The notes under the pieces are model-generated. The model made no database searches, was not told where the DNA came from, and was given only the letters and a program-made list of their open reading frames with translations. From assembly GCF_006345805.1 (NCBI RefSeq), contig NC_043004.1, forward strand, positions 51,584,001 to 51,648,000: a stretch of DNA of 64,000 nt. The letters run 5' to 3'. The translations under genes and the position numbers were made by a program. This document shows positions 47,111-60,349 of the stretch, piece by piece (position 1 is the first letter of the stretch; each line of letters starts with the position of its first letter). This stretch comes from Octopus sinensis (taxonomy: Eukaryota).

Positions 47111-48253
47111 TATGCCTGGGTAAAATGCTTTGCGGCATTTCGCTTGTCTTTACATTCTGAGTTCAAATTCCGCCGAGGTTGACTTTGCCTTTCATCTTTT
47201 CGGGATCAAATGAAATAAGTACCAGTTAAACACTGGTGTCAATGTAATCGACTTACCCTCTCTTCAAAAACTGCTGGCACCGTCTCAAAATTTGAATCCA
47301 TTATATCTTCCTTATTCAAGTTAGCAAGACGGCAGAACAGTAAGAGCATCGGGGTGGTGGGTGGGTACTCTGTGCTATTTCTTCCAGCCTTTTACGTTCT
47401 GAGTTCAAATTCCACCGAGGTCAACTTAGCGTTTCCTCCCTCTAGGAGAGTGAACATAAATATCAGTGAAGCACTCGTGTTGATTTGCGTCAATGCAAGC
47501 TCACCTAACGTTAATTACTGGCTTTGAGCCGAAGTTAGTAACCATTTTTTCATCTCTTTTTTTTAGTTCTTTCTTTCTTTTTTTTTATATTCTTTCGCTC
47601 TTTCACAATCTTCCTCACATTTCTCCTCTTCCAGTAACTATTTTTTTCTCCCTTCATCCTTTCCTTCCCATTAAATAACTTGGCCTTTTCTCTTTGTCTT
47701 CCCGCCTTCTCTCCCTTACTTCATTTTCTCCTCCTCATCTTCTTCTGTAACTTTTCATTTACACACGCACACACAGATAGATATGTAGGTATGTACACAC
47801 ATATATGTATATGAGAACGTCTTGTAAACAAACTAATAAGTACCCAGCAGGCTGGTATTCTACAGAAAATAAAGAAATTCTCGAACGGGGACAGCTTAGA
47901 AAACTGCGTAAATACCGCATTTTACATTTCCTAAGAGTATTTACCCAATTTTCTAAGCTGATGTCATGGCCTATGTGCGTTCGAGAATCCCTTTATTTCT
48001 TCTGTGTGTGTGTATGTGTGGAAATGCGGAGTGGATGAAACAGGGACAACTGAAGAAGGAGAATATTCCTTGTTTTGTATGTCTTGTTTCTCTGTTTTGT
48101 TTTCGTTGTTCCAAAATAAAGTTCGTTTCTATGTTTTTGTTTTCGTTTCTCAGTGTGTTCAACGTTTTTTTTTATGTCCTGTACCCATATATGCATGTAT
48201 ATATACATATATATGTAGGTGTGTACATATATGTATGTATATATGCGTATCTT

Positions 48254-48330
<77 letters not shown>

Positions 48331-50394
48331 ATATATATTACGGAGATGTATTCGCATAGCAAGTGATTTGATCTGAGATCGTGTGCTGGAACGAAAACAA
48401 TTGCAGCGTGGAAGGTGTTTATAAGCTATTTAAGAAACACACAAAAGCCGTTCGATTCACTTCAACAGTTAAGTTTAATTTGTCAAAATATTTTCGTCGC
48501 TAAAATCCGCGACCTGCTCACTAACAAAAATCCGTGCTGCATCTGAGAAAGTAACAGTTAGTTCGTCATATATATGTACGTATGTATGTATATATATATA
48601 TAATGTTAATGATATGTAATTGTAAGATCCATGGATCTAGGTGTAGGAAGATATTAAGCTTCGAGTGGTTCCACGTCTGCAAGTTAACTTCAGATCCCTT
48701 CACAACAGTGTAACCTTCATTTAACTAAGGTATCTTCGGCCTGATGTGTAGCTAGAGGAGTACCCATCGTTAAGTAATTATTACTTCTAAGGTTCTCCCG
48801 GCTAGGAAACATATGTAGCCAGGGTTTTGCCAGTTTCATTCCCTCATTTTGGATTTTATATAATGTAAATATATAGTTACATAACATGTATACGAGCAGT
48901 GGTGTATAAAGGCACATGTTTATATTCACACGCACATGCGCGCGCGTATGTATACATATATGTATTTGTTAACATCACTGCTTGGCGTATCACCCCGTAT
49001 ATATGTATCTACAAGCTTATAAAAAGCAAGTTGACCTCCGTTGTATTTCGCTTTGCACCCTCTCCCCCACGAAAACAAGTTTGAGGGTGGACTACAATTT
49101 GAAGTTCGGAAGTGTGGAAGTTTTAAATATAATTTATAGACACCCTTGTATATGTGTGTGTGTGTGTGTGTATGAATATGTGTGTAGATAGATAGATAGA
49201 TAGATAGATAAATTTTCAATGAAAGAGGCGCGACCAAATACTGCTATTTGATTGGTCAATTTCAGTTAACACCTTCTTTACTTTTCTTTCTCTTTCTCAC
49301 TTTTGTAGTCAATTCGACTGTCTTTATTTAGTGGTTCACTCGTAGGCCCTGAAGCACTACTTCACGCACGAATCCACCGTGAAACATTTGTATTCATATA
49401 CACATACTCAGGATATCTGATTGGTGCACACACATTGATTTCATTACTTCTGTCGGAAAGAATTCAAGCGTGTGTGTGTGCACCCGACTTTTCTCTCTCT
49501 CTCTCTCACACATATATAAATTTATCTACAAAAAAATACTTTCGAAGTACGCAAAACTGATTGCGACATATACGTGCTCTCAAAAACTGGTTCGGTTCTG
49601 CTTGATGTTGGTTGGAAGTATGTAACTTTTTCTGTACCTTAATTTACGCATCTCTCTGTCAACATATCTAGCTTGTCTCTTAAGCTTGTATGTCTATTTT
49701 GCTATCTGTTTTAGCTGTATGTTAATCTATATGTAATTTCTTTCTCTAGAACAATTAATGTATGTAGCATGCATCAGGAGCTTGATAAAGAAATCTGGTG
49801 TACGCAGTCTTTGTACATGTTTTACAAACACACACACACACACACACACACAAGTTTCCGCAGGCCTTCACGCATTTGTTCACTGATCCATAGAGTTGAT
49901 TTCGAAATGTTGACGTGTATATATTATTTTAATCATACGTCGGCTTTATTTCTTCATATATATATATATATGTGTGTGTGTATCTAACGGCTTAACTCAA
50001 CTAGAACACATGCACGCACGCACACACACACGGCCAAGTAGTTGAGAAGTTCACTTCGCAGTCATGAGATTTTGCGTTCGGTCCCACACCGTGGCATCAC
50101 TGGCAAGTGTCTTTTATTATAGCATCTGGTTGATCCAACATTTGTGTAAATGAAACTGGGTCGACGGTGACATTGGAAGCCTATTGGATGGGATTTTACG
50201 TGTAATTTAAAGGACCAGTCTTTTCTCGCGCCGTGTCGTGCTGCTTCTGCCTGGGAATTGCATTAAGAGTACATGTGTCTGCGGAATACTCAGCCATTTA
50301 GTGATTCAATCAGTGAGCCGCTCGATTCGAACTGAGATGCTCATCGTCGAAACCGACTCAGATCCGTTTATTTTACGTGCTTCGGATTTTCGTC

Positions 50395-50431
<37 letters not shown>

Positions 50432-51629
50432 TATATATGTGTTTATGTTGCGATATAAGGAAATGTATTTTGATGTTAAAAATGCACCTGGGTCTAAAAT
50501 CGAATTTTAAAACCCAGGTTCATTTTCAACCCCAAAACCAATTTCCTCGTGCAGGCGCGCGCACGAACACACACACATGGTGACTATACAGTCTGGATAC
50601 AGGACAAGTATCATTAATATTCATGTCTTTTTTTTCTTCCACATTGAATATAACTTTGTATAAAGGGTGGAATTCTGGTTTATCTCATATCTTTTCAAAA
50701 TGTTTTTACAATTTGCAGAAATTTTTGCGACTTTGTGATTAATACACGAAAATTCATACAATTATTTAAAAAAAAAAGAGATTTGTGTGAGGGAAGTAAT
50801 TTAAGGGCCATTTAACTGTTATTTTAGCACAAAGAAGGAATTAAATTGGTACTACTCATTTGACGCGGTGGATGATCATATCGACAGGTAGCAAATGCTT
50901 TCAATTTATGTAATCCTAGAAGCCTCCCCACATCGTTGCCTTTATCCCAGAAAAAAAGAGACAGAAAAAATTATTATTTTGTGTCAATCCTTCCCTAATT
51001 ATCCTTTATTAATTAGTTTTGGCGTGTATTTTTTTCCCAAATTTATTCTTTCACCTTTACAACACTGTTTAGTAAAGCAATTAATTATCTTTATAATTTG
51101 CATATTTGACTTATTAATCAAAATTCTCTAGATGTAATATATACTAAGTAATGCATCCTTCATTTATGTGTTCCGTTCTGTATTATGCATGCGTGACTGT
51201 TTGTATGTAAGTGTGTGTTAACTGTGCAGATGAATGTGAATATTAAAGAACATATTTATTTACTATGATTGTTATTTTCAGAACAAATAAATCTTTTGGC
51301 TGTTATGTTATTGATGTTATTATTATTGCTAGTTAAAGGGTGGTGACTTGGCTGCATATTTTGAGTCTTGTAGTATGTAGTTGTGTTAGTCAATATTCTG
51401 AGTTCAAATCCAACTCATTTCTTATCATCATTATCGATGGACCACTCAAAGGGTATGTATACATTATCATTTTCGTAACAAATTCTGTAGTATTTCAAGA
51501 TGTTTCTGACACGTATTTTGATTCACATGGCGGAGATCCAACATTTCTTCACTTTTTCCAGAATTTCTTCTCTTTATTTTTTTTTTTTTGCGAAATACGG
51601 AGTTTATGATTCATGTGTGAGTGTGTGGT

Positions 51630-52130
51630 TTCTGATACTCGTTTTAGAACAAGTAGTTTTACACCAATTACACTATTTTTCTTAGTTTAAAGGCCGTGGA
51701 CTGAAGATGTGAAATTTCCGAAGCCTCTCCCCCACCCTCTTTCGCGAGCGCGCATTTTTTTCATGATAGTCGTTTAGAGCAAGTTGTTTTACACCTATTA
51801 CGCTGTTTTTGTTTTTGTTTTTGTGCCCGGTTCAGACGCTTTCGGAAATTCCCGATATTAAATATTCCGAGGCCTCTCCCCCACCCCTCTTTCTCGAGAG
51901 CGCATTTTTTTTTCATATTCGTTTAGAGCAGTTGTTTTACACATTTACACTATTTTTTTTTTCGTTTTGGTGCCCGGGTCAGCCCTCCAGACGCTTTCGG
52001 AACTTCCCGATGTGAATTTTCCCCGAGGCCTCTCCCCCACCCCCCCTTTCGCGTGCCGCGAATTTTTTTTTCATATTCGTTCATAGGAAGTGTTTTACAC
52101 CTATTACACACATTTTTTTTTTGATTTTCT
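51630..52130. repeat. ~150-bp tandem repeat, 3 copies plus a diverged partial copy, upstream of GLDC
   Basis: GCCTCTCCCCCACCC..TTTC..CG starts at 51723, 51872 and 52028. All copies share a TTTTTTTCAT..TCGTT..AG..GT.GTTTTACAC core. Confidence 0.85.
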
Positions 52131-52509
52131 GATATTGTTACGCCCTATATACCCAGTGTGGAAGGTGATTGAGAAATTCAAAGGCACTTGTCTTGGACAA
52201 ACCCCATTCCGGACAACCAACTGTAACAGGTGAAACGGGAGAAGCTGTCATGACTAAGGCTGTTGTTGTTATTGTTTTTTTTCTTTTTGCTAGCATACGT
52301 ATCCAGACTTTCCGGTCACCTTGTTTATTTGTGTGTATGTGTTTCTTCCCGTCGTCTCGTCACATTTGTATTTTTCTTATTATATTTCTTGCAGGGAATG
52401 AAACAAATCGCCAGCCCATGACCTAAACGCCAAAAGCTAAACGAAAACAGAGAGGAAAAAGAAAAACGGGAAAAACAAAATTATACAGAACTACCCCCTC
52501 TACACAACA
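52130..52509 (+). promoter_or_regulatory. Putative GLDC proximal promoter / 5' UTR
   Basis: Lies immediately upstream of the GLDC ATG, in a region where CpG is visibly more frequent than in the rest of the window. TATA-like CCCTATATA near 52144. The TSS cannot be determined from sequence. Confidence 0.4.
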
Positions 52510-52782
52510 ATGGCTTCACTAAGCAGAAATCTGGGGAGTTTTCGACACCTCTGTCTACGTAATCGTCTCTGTAAGATCTACGACATCCGAGCAGTGACTT
52601 CCAACAACAGTTTCAGTCGAGGCCAGGCCATGGGACAACTACCGGCAGTTTACATGCTGTCTCGTAGGGATTCATCCAGTTTGTTGGCCAAGAACTATCC
52701 CGAGTTTGAAATGTTCCAGTCCAGGCATTTAGGTCCCCGCGTAAAGGAGACGCAAGCCATGTTAGAGTTCATTGGTTATTCT
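52510..52782 (+). CDS. GLDC: Glycine dehydrogenase (decarboxylating), mitochondrial (glycine cleavage P protein), first coding exon, 91 codons
   Basis: ATG at 52510. An Arg/Ser/Leu-rich presequence-like N-terminus is followed by FEMFQSRHLGPRVKETQAMLEFIGYS, matching the GLDC N-terminal motif (human [23 protein letters not shown]). A donor TCT|GTAAGT at 52783 is phase 0, the same position as human intron 1. Exon 2 (S-x-D-E-L-I..TVP) was not found before 64000. Confidence 0.9.
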
Positions 52783-52886
52783 GTAAGTAAAGTTTGTGTT
52801 AACATTGTTGTTTGGTCCTCATGTTCCCATGTCAAACAGTATGCTAATAAACGGTCCCCATGCCCATTTCCGAGTCAATGACCACT

Positions 52887-52888
<2 letters not shown>

Positions 52889-52938
<50 letters not shown>

Positions 52939-52982
52939 TCATCTGTCTATCTATCTATTCATCTATCTATCTGTCTATCTAT
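52889..52982. repeat. (TCTA)n microsatellite in GLDC intron 1
   Basis: Direct inspection. Confidence 0.95.
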
Positions 52983-53776
52983 CCCGTGTGTGTGTGGATC
53001 GTCGAGTTTTCTTTCTTTAAATTCGTAATTTTCGTTGTATGAAACTCAGTAGTACTGAAAAAAAAAAGACAAAAAGAATTGGGTGTAAAGAAAAAACAAA
53101 CTACCCTTTTCCTTTCCCGTGAAATTTGGGACTTTTGTCAGGACAGCCACTCCAAAACTCCGCCCCCAAAACTTGTAAATTCTGAAAATCTCATGAAATC
53201 TACTGGTGTCTTCATTGTTATTTACCCCCCCCCCCCACACACACACCCTAGTTCGAACACACATGATCAGAGGTGTTCTTGCCATGATAACCCTGTCTTT
53301 TTGTTTATCTGAGACTACATTGCCCCGCGTGCACTTACGTTTTTTAAAGACAGTAGTTTGTGGTTTGAGGGAATGTGGTCGTGATTTCTTGCTGGCCGAG
53401 CAATCGCTGTGAGGCTGCCTCACTTTTGCTTGTAGCTTTTAGTGGTTGTATATTGTAGATGTGATGGTGAATGGTAGTGATAGTAAATTACTGAGCAAAG
53501 GTGTTCTAAATTTTACTTCTATGTCAATAGATTTTTTTTTATCGATTTTCATTATCTCTATCGTTGTCCTTAATTTCCAAGGTAGTCTTTCTGGATTTTA
53601 ATGTTGTTTCATTGTGGATGGAGAGGAGGGCTGCGTAAGTGTGTGTGTGTAAAAAAGAGACGGACAAATTACTATGTTTAATAATATCGATAATAATGAT
53701 TTCTTTATTAACCACTAAGGGTTTGCAAGCAAATCTAGGACGGTACATGAAGGCGTCTAAACAGTAAAATATAATA

Positions 53777-54125
53777 ATAAACAAGAGCACTCGGAGAGCG
53801 CAAACCTCCACCAACGTCTTCTCAACGATTAGCCATAGATGTTTTTTTTTTATGAGAATATCTGAAATAAACTCGACTGCTCCCACAAACGAGAATACTA
53901 AAAAATGAACCCGACCGCTCTCAAAAATTAAGTAGAAAAATAAGAAAATTTATACAGAATCCTTGTCCGGTACTAGATTGATCCCAAAATCTAATCAGTT
54001 CGTGCCAGTCATGAAGCCAAACATCTTTGAAAGTTTCATCCGAATCCACCAAGCGGTTCTTGAGATATCTACGGAAAAACAAACACACAAACACGACTGA
54101 AAACAATACCTCCGCCAGGGGTAAC
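53777..54125. mobile_element. Helentron/HINE-like non-autonomous element
   Basis: Repeated subterminal motif AAACCTCC(A/G)CCA / AATACCTCCGCCAGGGGGTAA near both ends. Confidence 0.45.
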
Positions 54126-56059
54126 AACAAAACCAAATAATAACCAGTAATTTTTAGGATGAGGGAAGTCGAATGCATCGACCCCAGTGCTCAACTAGTA
54201 TTTATTTTATCGACCCCGAAAAAAAAAATGAAAGGGGAGGTTGACCTCGACGACATTTGAACTCAGAACGTGAAGACGAATGAAATGCCACTAAACATTT
54301 TGTCCGACGCGCTAACACATTCTGTCACCTCGCACCCTTAATAGTAGTAGTGTAGTAGTACTAGTAGTAGTAAATTAAGATAAGTTTTAAAACTTGTCCG
54401 ACACGATAACACAGAAAAAAACAAAAAACCGAAAATGATTATTGTACGGTTAGAAACTCGATTTTGTTTTCTCGTTAATAAAGTGGAAGCGAGAGACCTA
54501 ATTTTTCACTATACTTTAGGTAGTAGATGTAATTTGTGTACTATCCACGGGGATATGTAGTCCTTTGTGATTTATTGTGGAGCAATGGAAAGGGGTTGGT
54601 TGGGTACTGCAATGGTTTCATGATGGAGCTGAATGTGTTTGTTTCTTTGTTGGTAAAATGAGTGCTTTTTCTGTTTTGTTTCTCTTCACTATGGCTTGTG
54701 GGAAATGTGTATGGCACTGCGTATTTTTGTTGTCTGTTTGTTTAGGGGGTGTTGTAACCCTTAGAAATTTTGTGTGTATATATAATGCTGTGATTCCTAG
54801 AATAATTTTGTGTTGGGGAGGCGTTGTTTGTAAACTCTAGAATTTTTGTGTGTATGATTGGGTTTTGACCATAGTATTTTGTCGTGTGTGTATGTTATGA
54901 TGTTGTATGTGAACCCTCATCACCCAGAATTTTGTCGTGTTTGTGTTGTGGAGGAATTTTATGTAATCGTTAGGATTTTTTCATTAAAATTTTTTTTGTC
55001 TGCTTGTGAATTGCCTGGGGTGTGTTATATGAGGAGGTGCTTGGCATAGTGGTTAGGATGTTGGGCTCGGGATCAGGCACAGTCGTGACTAGTGTCCTCG
55101 GGTCAACCAAAGCTTTGTGAGTGAACTTGGTAGATGGGAACTAAAAGAAGCCCGTCGGTTATATTACGTGTGTTAGTCTGTGTTTGGTCCCCGACACCAT
55201 TTGACAACCGGTGTTGGTGTTTTTACATCCCCGTAACTCACCAGTTTGACTAATAGAATAAGTACTAGACTTAAAAACATAAGTTCTGGGTTGATTTCTT
55301 TGACTAAAACCCTTCAAAGGCGGTGCCGCAGTCATCAGAACGGCAAAACAAGTAAAAGATAAAAGTCGATCCGTGGACTGGGCAGCGCATGTGTTCTTGA
55401 ACAAGTCACTCCATTTCGTGTTGCTCCAGTCTACTCTACCAGATGTTGGGGCAGCCCTCACTATCTCCAGGTGTCACATTCACAACGTTCTGCTGGGACC
55501 AGGGTGGGAGGGCAATGAAGTGGGAATGTCCTATGTCTGCTTACAACTAGATAGGCGCCTGAAAAAGTACATGCGGGGACATCTAGCTGAAAAAGTAGAT
55601 CCGGGACATCTAGCTGCTAGCACTCACACACACACACAACACACACACTCACTTTCTCTTTCTCTCTTCTCCCACTCTCCATCTCTTCCCTTTTTCTCTC
55701 CCTCTCTTTCCCACTCTCTCTGTCCCTCTTCCACTCTCTCTTCGTCTCTCTGTCTGTCTCTCTGTACGGTTGTTAACTATAATGTTTCAACCTTGGGCTG
55801 GAGTCACAGTACAGCCATGGGTGAATTTGAGAGAGGTTTCATCTGTATATATGGTTGAAAGGAGCAGGTGATAGAATAGACCCTTGTAGGACTACAGGGA
55901 GTTGAATATTTTAGAAATGTCGTTTTTGTTCATTTGTAGGTTTGGTGACTTGGCAGATAATGTTTTGCATTGCTGTTATTTAGTCCCAAGCCAGTTATGA
56001 CTATAATAATAATAATAATTAATAATAATAATAACAAAAACAACAATAATAATAATGAA

Positions 56060-56570
56060 GTGTTATCATGTACATTGTTCTGTCTTGGTATAAAAGATGG
56101 GCTACAGCAAATGGGCTCAGTACCACAGATTTACTTGTCAATTGTTTGACCTTAACCAGTTGAGCATGTCCCTTAGTGGCTGACGATGTGTGCATCTCTG
56201 ATCACGTGCAGAAGTAGTGGGGGAGCATCAGAGCCATGTGTTGAGAGGGATTCTTTGGGGTTTGGATAATTCACCTCTGGAAACATGGGTGTTTCGTTCA
56301 ACATCCTTAAACAACCCTTATTCAGGGACCTTTTGAGCGGAATGGGTTACTCGACCAGAAGAAAATTCTAACTGGGCCCCACCTGCAAGGTCATGTGCTG
56401 TTTATCTTGATATGAGATCACCATGTCGCGCACATATGGTTGTGATGCATGTGCCTGGTGTACCCTTATCAGACGGTAGTCTTGAGGGATATACTGGGCT
56501 TCGAATATTTTATCCCAGTGTCACTTTGATGGCATGCACTGCTCTCTCACTCAATAATGATAATAATAAT
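56060..56570 (+). repeat. Interspersed repeat with (AAT)n tail, probably a LINE 3' UTR (second copy at 61470-61815)
   Basis: Two homologous copies ending CTCTCTCACTCAATAAT(AAT)n. Confidence 0.7.
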
Positions 56571-56574
56571 ATTA

Positions 56575-57410
56575 AGGTGGGAAGCTGGCAGATTTGTTAG
56601 CTCACTAAGCAAAATGTTTAGCAGCATATCATCTGTCGTTACATTCTGAGTTCAAATTTCACTGAGGTCGATAAATAGAGCAACAGTTGAGTACTGGGGG
56701 TCAGTGTGATCCACTATTCCCCTCCCTACAAAATTCAGTCTTTGTGCCTATAATAAAAATTATTATTATTGTTATTGAGGTGGCATTCTAGCAGAATTGT
56801 TAGTGTGCCAGACAAAATGCATGCAGTTTTTCTTCCAGTTTTATGCTCTCAGTTCAAATGCAGCTGATCGTTCCTTTATCCTTCCTCCATCCAGGGTTGA
56901 TAAAACAACAACCACCTGAGAACTGGGGTTGATGTAAGTGAAACATTGGGGGTCAATGTAACTGACTTGTCTGATTCTCCCAAATTTCAGGCGTTGTACC
57001 TATAATCATCATCATCATCGTTTAACGTCCGTTTTCCGCGCTAGCACGGGTTGGACGGTTCGACCGGGGTCTGGGAAGCCAGGGGCTGCACCAGGCTCCA
57101 GTCTGACCTGGCAGTGTTTCTACAGCTGGATGCCCTTCCTAACACCAACCACTCAGCAATTATAATGGACAGGATTATTATTATTTAAGGCAGAAAACTG
57201 GCAGAATCGTTAACACACCAGGCAAAATGCTTAGCAGCATTTCATCCATTTTCACGTTCTGAGTTCAAATTCCGCCATGGTCAGCTTTGCCTTTGATCTT
57301 TTCAGGGTCAATGAATTAAGTACCAGTTGCATACTGGAGATCGATCTAATCAACTTAATCCCTTCCCCTTAATTTCAGGTCTTGTGCTTTCAGTACAAAA
57401 GATTTTTATT
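56575..57410 (+). mobile_element. Cluster of diverged SINE-B-like copies with an RTE 3' fragment (57005-57155, minus)
   Basis: Core homology to family B. Confidence 0.65.
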
Positions 57411-57484
57411 ATTATTAAAACAGTGTATTTAGGTTGAGTTTTAGAATTTACATCTTTTGAAGTTATTTTTTAATTAATTCATTC

Positions 57485-57755
57485 TCTTTTACTCTTTTAC
57501 TTGTTTCAGTCATTTGACTGCGGCCATGCTGGAGCACCGCCTTTTGTCCAGCAAATCGACCCCGGGACTTATTCTTTGTAAGCCCAGTACTTATTCTATC
57601 GGTCTCTTTTGCCGAACCGCTAAGTGACGGGGACGAAAACACACCAGCATCGGTTGTCAAGCAATGCTAGGGGGACAAACACACATACACATAAACATAT
57701 ATATACATATATACGACAGGCTTCTTTCAGTTTCCGTCTACCAAATCAACTCACA
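57485..57755 (-). mobile_element. SINE family A, 5'-truncated
   Basis: Homology to the 3' two thirds of the family. Confidence 0.85.
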
Positions 57756-58059
57756 AGTAAAAGATTATACACCATAAAAGTCTAATGTTTAATCACCCTA
57801 ACCTGTTAAAGTTTGAGTTTAAAGTCTATAGCAGCTTTCTTCTAACTATTTATGAAAGAAGTTACAAAAAATGAAGCACAAGACAAAATTTTAAAAATCT
57901 CTTTTCTCATAAAGATATAAATATTCATAAAAAGAAAATTGAGAACATGCTTGTTTACCATTTCAAAAGTCTGAAGTAACTGAAAGTTAAAACCAAAGAA
58001 GTGAATTACTGAATTGGATTCTTTCAGCCACCACCCAGTGGCATGCTGTTATTATAACA

Positions 58060-58690
58060 TAAAGCATGGTCTAGATGCCACAGGCTTCCCTTCCCAGTTC
58101 AAGCTAGTGAGGCTAGACTTAGGGGGTGGTAAAAGGCCTGATGGAATGACAATTACCCTGTTCTGTAGTGATAGGTCACTCATCTGGGGTATCATGAGCT
58201 GGCAGTTAGCAAGCCGGGCGAAGTGCTTAGCGGTATTTCATCTGTCGTTACGTTCTGAGTTCAAATTCCGCCGAGGTCGACTTTGCCTTTCATCCTTTCG
58301 GGGTCGATAAATTAAGTACCAGTTACGCACTGGTGTCGATGTAATCAACTTAATCCGTTTGTCTGTCCTTGTTTGTTCCCTCTATGTTTAGCCCCTTGTG
58401 GGTAGTAAAGAAATAGGTATCATATGCTGTGACACCTTCTATAGTGGTAACTTGATGTGTTCAGCTACTAGTCCAGGTTCCGCTGCTCATCAGGTTGAGA
58501 AAAGTAGACTATTATAGTATTAGTCACTTTGTGACAGGTTTATAGTTGAGCCAGAGGCAGTAGAGACCTCTGGTTTTCTTGCCCCAGCCCCAGGCCATAT
58601 CCCTTCTCACCATTATTGAAGTGGAGATAGCTATCTGCTAGTTCAAACCCTGGGCAATGCTTCTTCCATTTTGTCTGTTGGGACCACAAA
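58060..58690 (+). mobile_element. Decayed CRE-like (restriction-like endonuclease) non-LTR retrotransposon 3' end, split by a SINE
   Basis: KRPDGMTI..LIW.. / CCDTF..SAA / FIVEPEAVETSG / GNASSIL matches the RLE pattern RPDG..LVWD.T..DT..PIAVETLG..QRGNA. Confidence 0.6.
58196..58415 (+). mobile_element. SINE family B with an 8-bp TSD
   Basis: TSD GGTATCAT at 58188-58195 and 58416-58423. Confidence 0.9.
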
Positions 58691-58730
58691 GCAGTCTTAA
58701 TTACAGGAAATTGCATGTTCCACTCCTTAA

Positions 58731-58898
58731 CCCTTTAGCATTCAGATTACTTTGTCAAATGTAAAACTTATTCACATTGTTTTGAATCTGTCATAGAATT
58801 ACATTGTACAGTAAGTGTAAGAAGCCTGATCTAGTCAGTTTGAACTTAAAACAGGTAGAATATTTGGACCGGATATGGCTGGTTTGAATACAAAAGTG
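58731..58898. mobile_element. piggyBac-like (TTAA) MITE
   Basis: Left end TTAA|CCCTTTAGCATTCAG, degenerate right end. Same family as 62243-62884. Confidence 0.6.
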
Positions 58899-59047
58899 TT
58901 GATGCAAAGCTACTCTTTATAATAATTTGAATGAAAATTCTAAAAACAAAGAAAAGGAATGAAATAACTTTGATATAGGAAGCATTTCCTTAGCAGCTAG
59001 CTGGTGAATTTAAAAAATAATCATGAGTTAGATACATAGACTTTTAT

Positions 59048-59449
59048 AGGCGCAGGAGTGGCTGTGTGGTAAGTAGCTTGCTAACCAACCACATGGTTCT
59101 GGGCTCAGTCCCACTGCGAGGCATCTTGGGCAAGTGTCTTCTGCTATAGCCCCAGGCCGACCAATGCCTTGTGAGTGGATTTGGTAGACGGAAACTGAAA
59201 GAAGCCTGTCGTATATATGTATATATATATATATGTGTGTGTGTTTGTGTGTCTGTGTTTGTCCCCCTAGCATTGCTTAACAACCGATGCTGGTGTGTTT
59301 ACGTTCCCATCACTTAGCGGTTCGGCAAAAGAGACTGATAGAATAAGTACTGGGCTTACAAAGAATAAGTCCCGGGGTCGATTTGCTCGACTAAAAGGCG
59401 GTGCTCCAGCATGGCCGCAGTCAAATGACTGAAACAAGTAAAAGAGAGT
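59048..59449 (+). mobile_element. SINE family A
   Basis: Full-length copy. Confidence 0.9.
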
Positions 59450-60349
59450 ATACATAATCCTTTCTTCTCAAGATTAAAGCATCATCATCATTGTTCCATA
59501 CCATTGGTCCATGTTCCATGCCAGCAGAGGTTGGGTGGTTTCACAGGATCCAATGACTGCTTCATGTTCCAGTGTCTGCTTTGGCATGATGTCTTTGACT
59601 AGCTACTTTTCCTAATGCCAGCCTCTTTGCAGCATGTACTGGGAGCTGTTTTGCATGCCACCAGCACGAATGGGGTCACCATCCAGCTTGCAAAACTCTT
59701 AAGGGACGACTTTCTGTTGAGAGATGAAGGGGTTTAAAATCTTCTCATAATTAAACCCCTTTAATATGCAAGAATATATGGGGGGGGGGGGAGGTGGGCA
59801 ACAAATGCTAAAGGTTGGGTAGTCTTGAACAGTGGCTGTTGTAAATTGTGCTAAGGGGTGGAGGATAACCAATGGGACTTGAACTGAGGGAGGGAGCTAG
59901 GGAAGGAAAAGTAGAAAATGACTGGCAATACAAAAAAAAAAGGATGACAGAGTGTGGGAGTGCAGTGGAATAGTAATGATAATGCAGTAAACAGGAGAAG
60001 GATGAGAGAGAGATGTGGTTGAGTAGGTTGTAGGAGTTGGGTGGGAGTGTGCCGTGTTTGGTGGTGAAGGAGGAGGGATAATTTGGTGGTTAGGTGTGTG
60101 TGTGTGTGTGGATGGTGGGGTGATCAGTATAAAGTTGAGCAAAGTATTAGGGGTATGAAGAGGATGGATAACAGATGAATTGGCCCTGGGTTTTAAGAGA
60201 AGTAAATGGTGTCAAAGAAAAGCTGAAGTTAGGAGTGAGGGAGAAAGAGAGATGAGAGGTGTTGGTGGTGTGTTGAGGAGGAAATTGGGCCAAGATCCCA
60301 GTTTTGCTCACACACACACACACACATACACATGCAGCACTTTCAGAAC

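Noticed and set aside
50828-50887. Plus-strand exon-like segment (TKKELNWYYSFDAVDDHID)
   Set aside because: It is short, not connected to any recognisable protein, and upstream of the GLDC start. It cannot be distinguished from chance.
51698-51720. GGA-CTGAAGA-TGT-GAAA-TTTCC hammerhead-like string
   Set aside because: There is no helix II and no valid helix III/NUH, so it is probably a chance match.
58470-58495. Minus-strand CTGATGA-GCAGC..GCTG
   Set aside because: There is no GAAA core, and it lies within CRE coding remnants.
59760-60300. G-rich low-complexity tract (and the C-rich tract at 22530-22860)
   Set aside because: Strand-skewed simple sequence with no regular unit or coding signal. 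G4 potential is generic.
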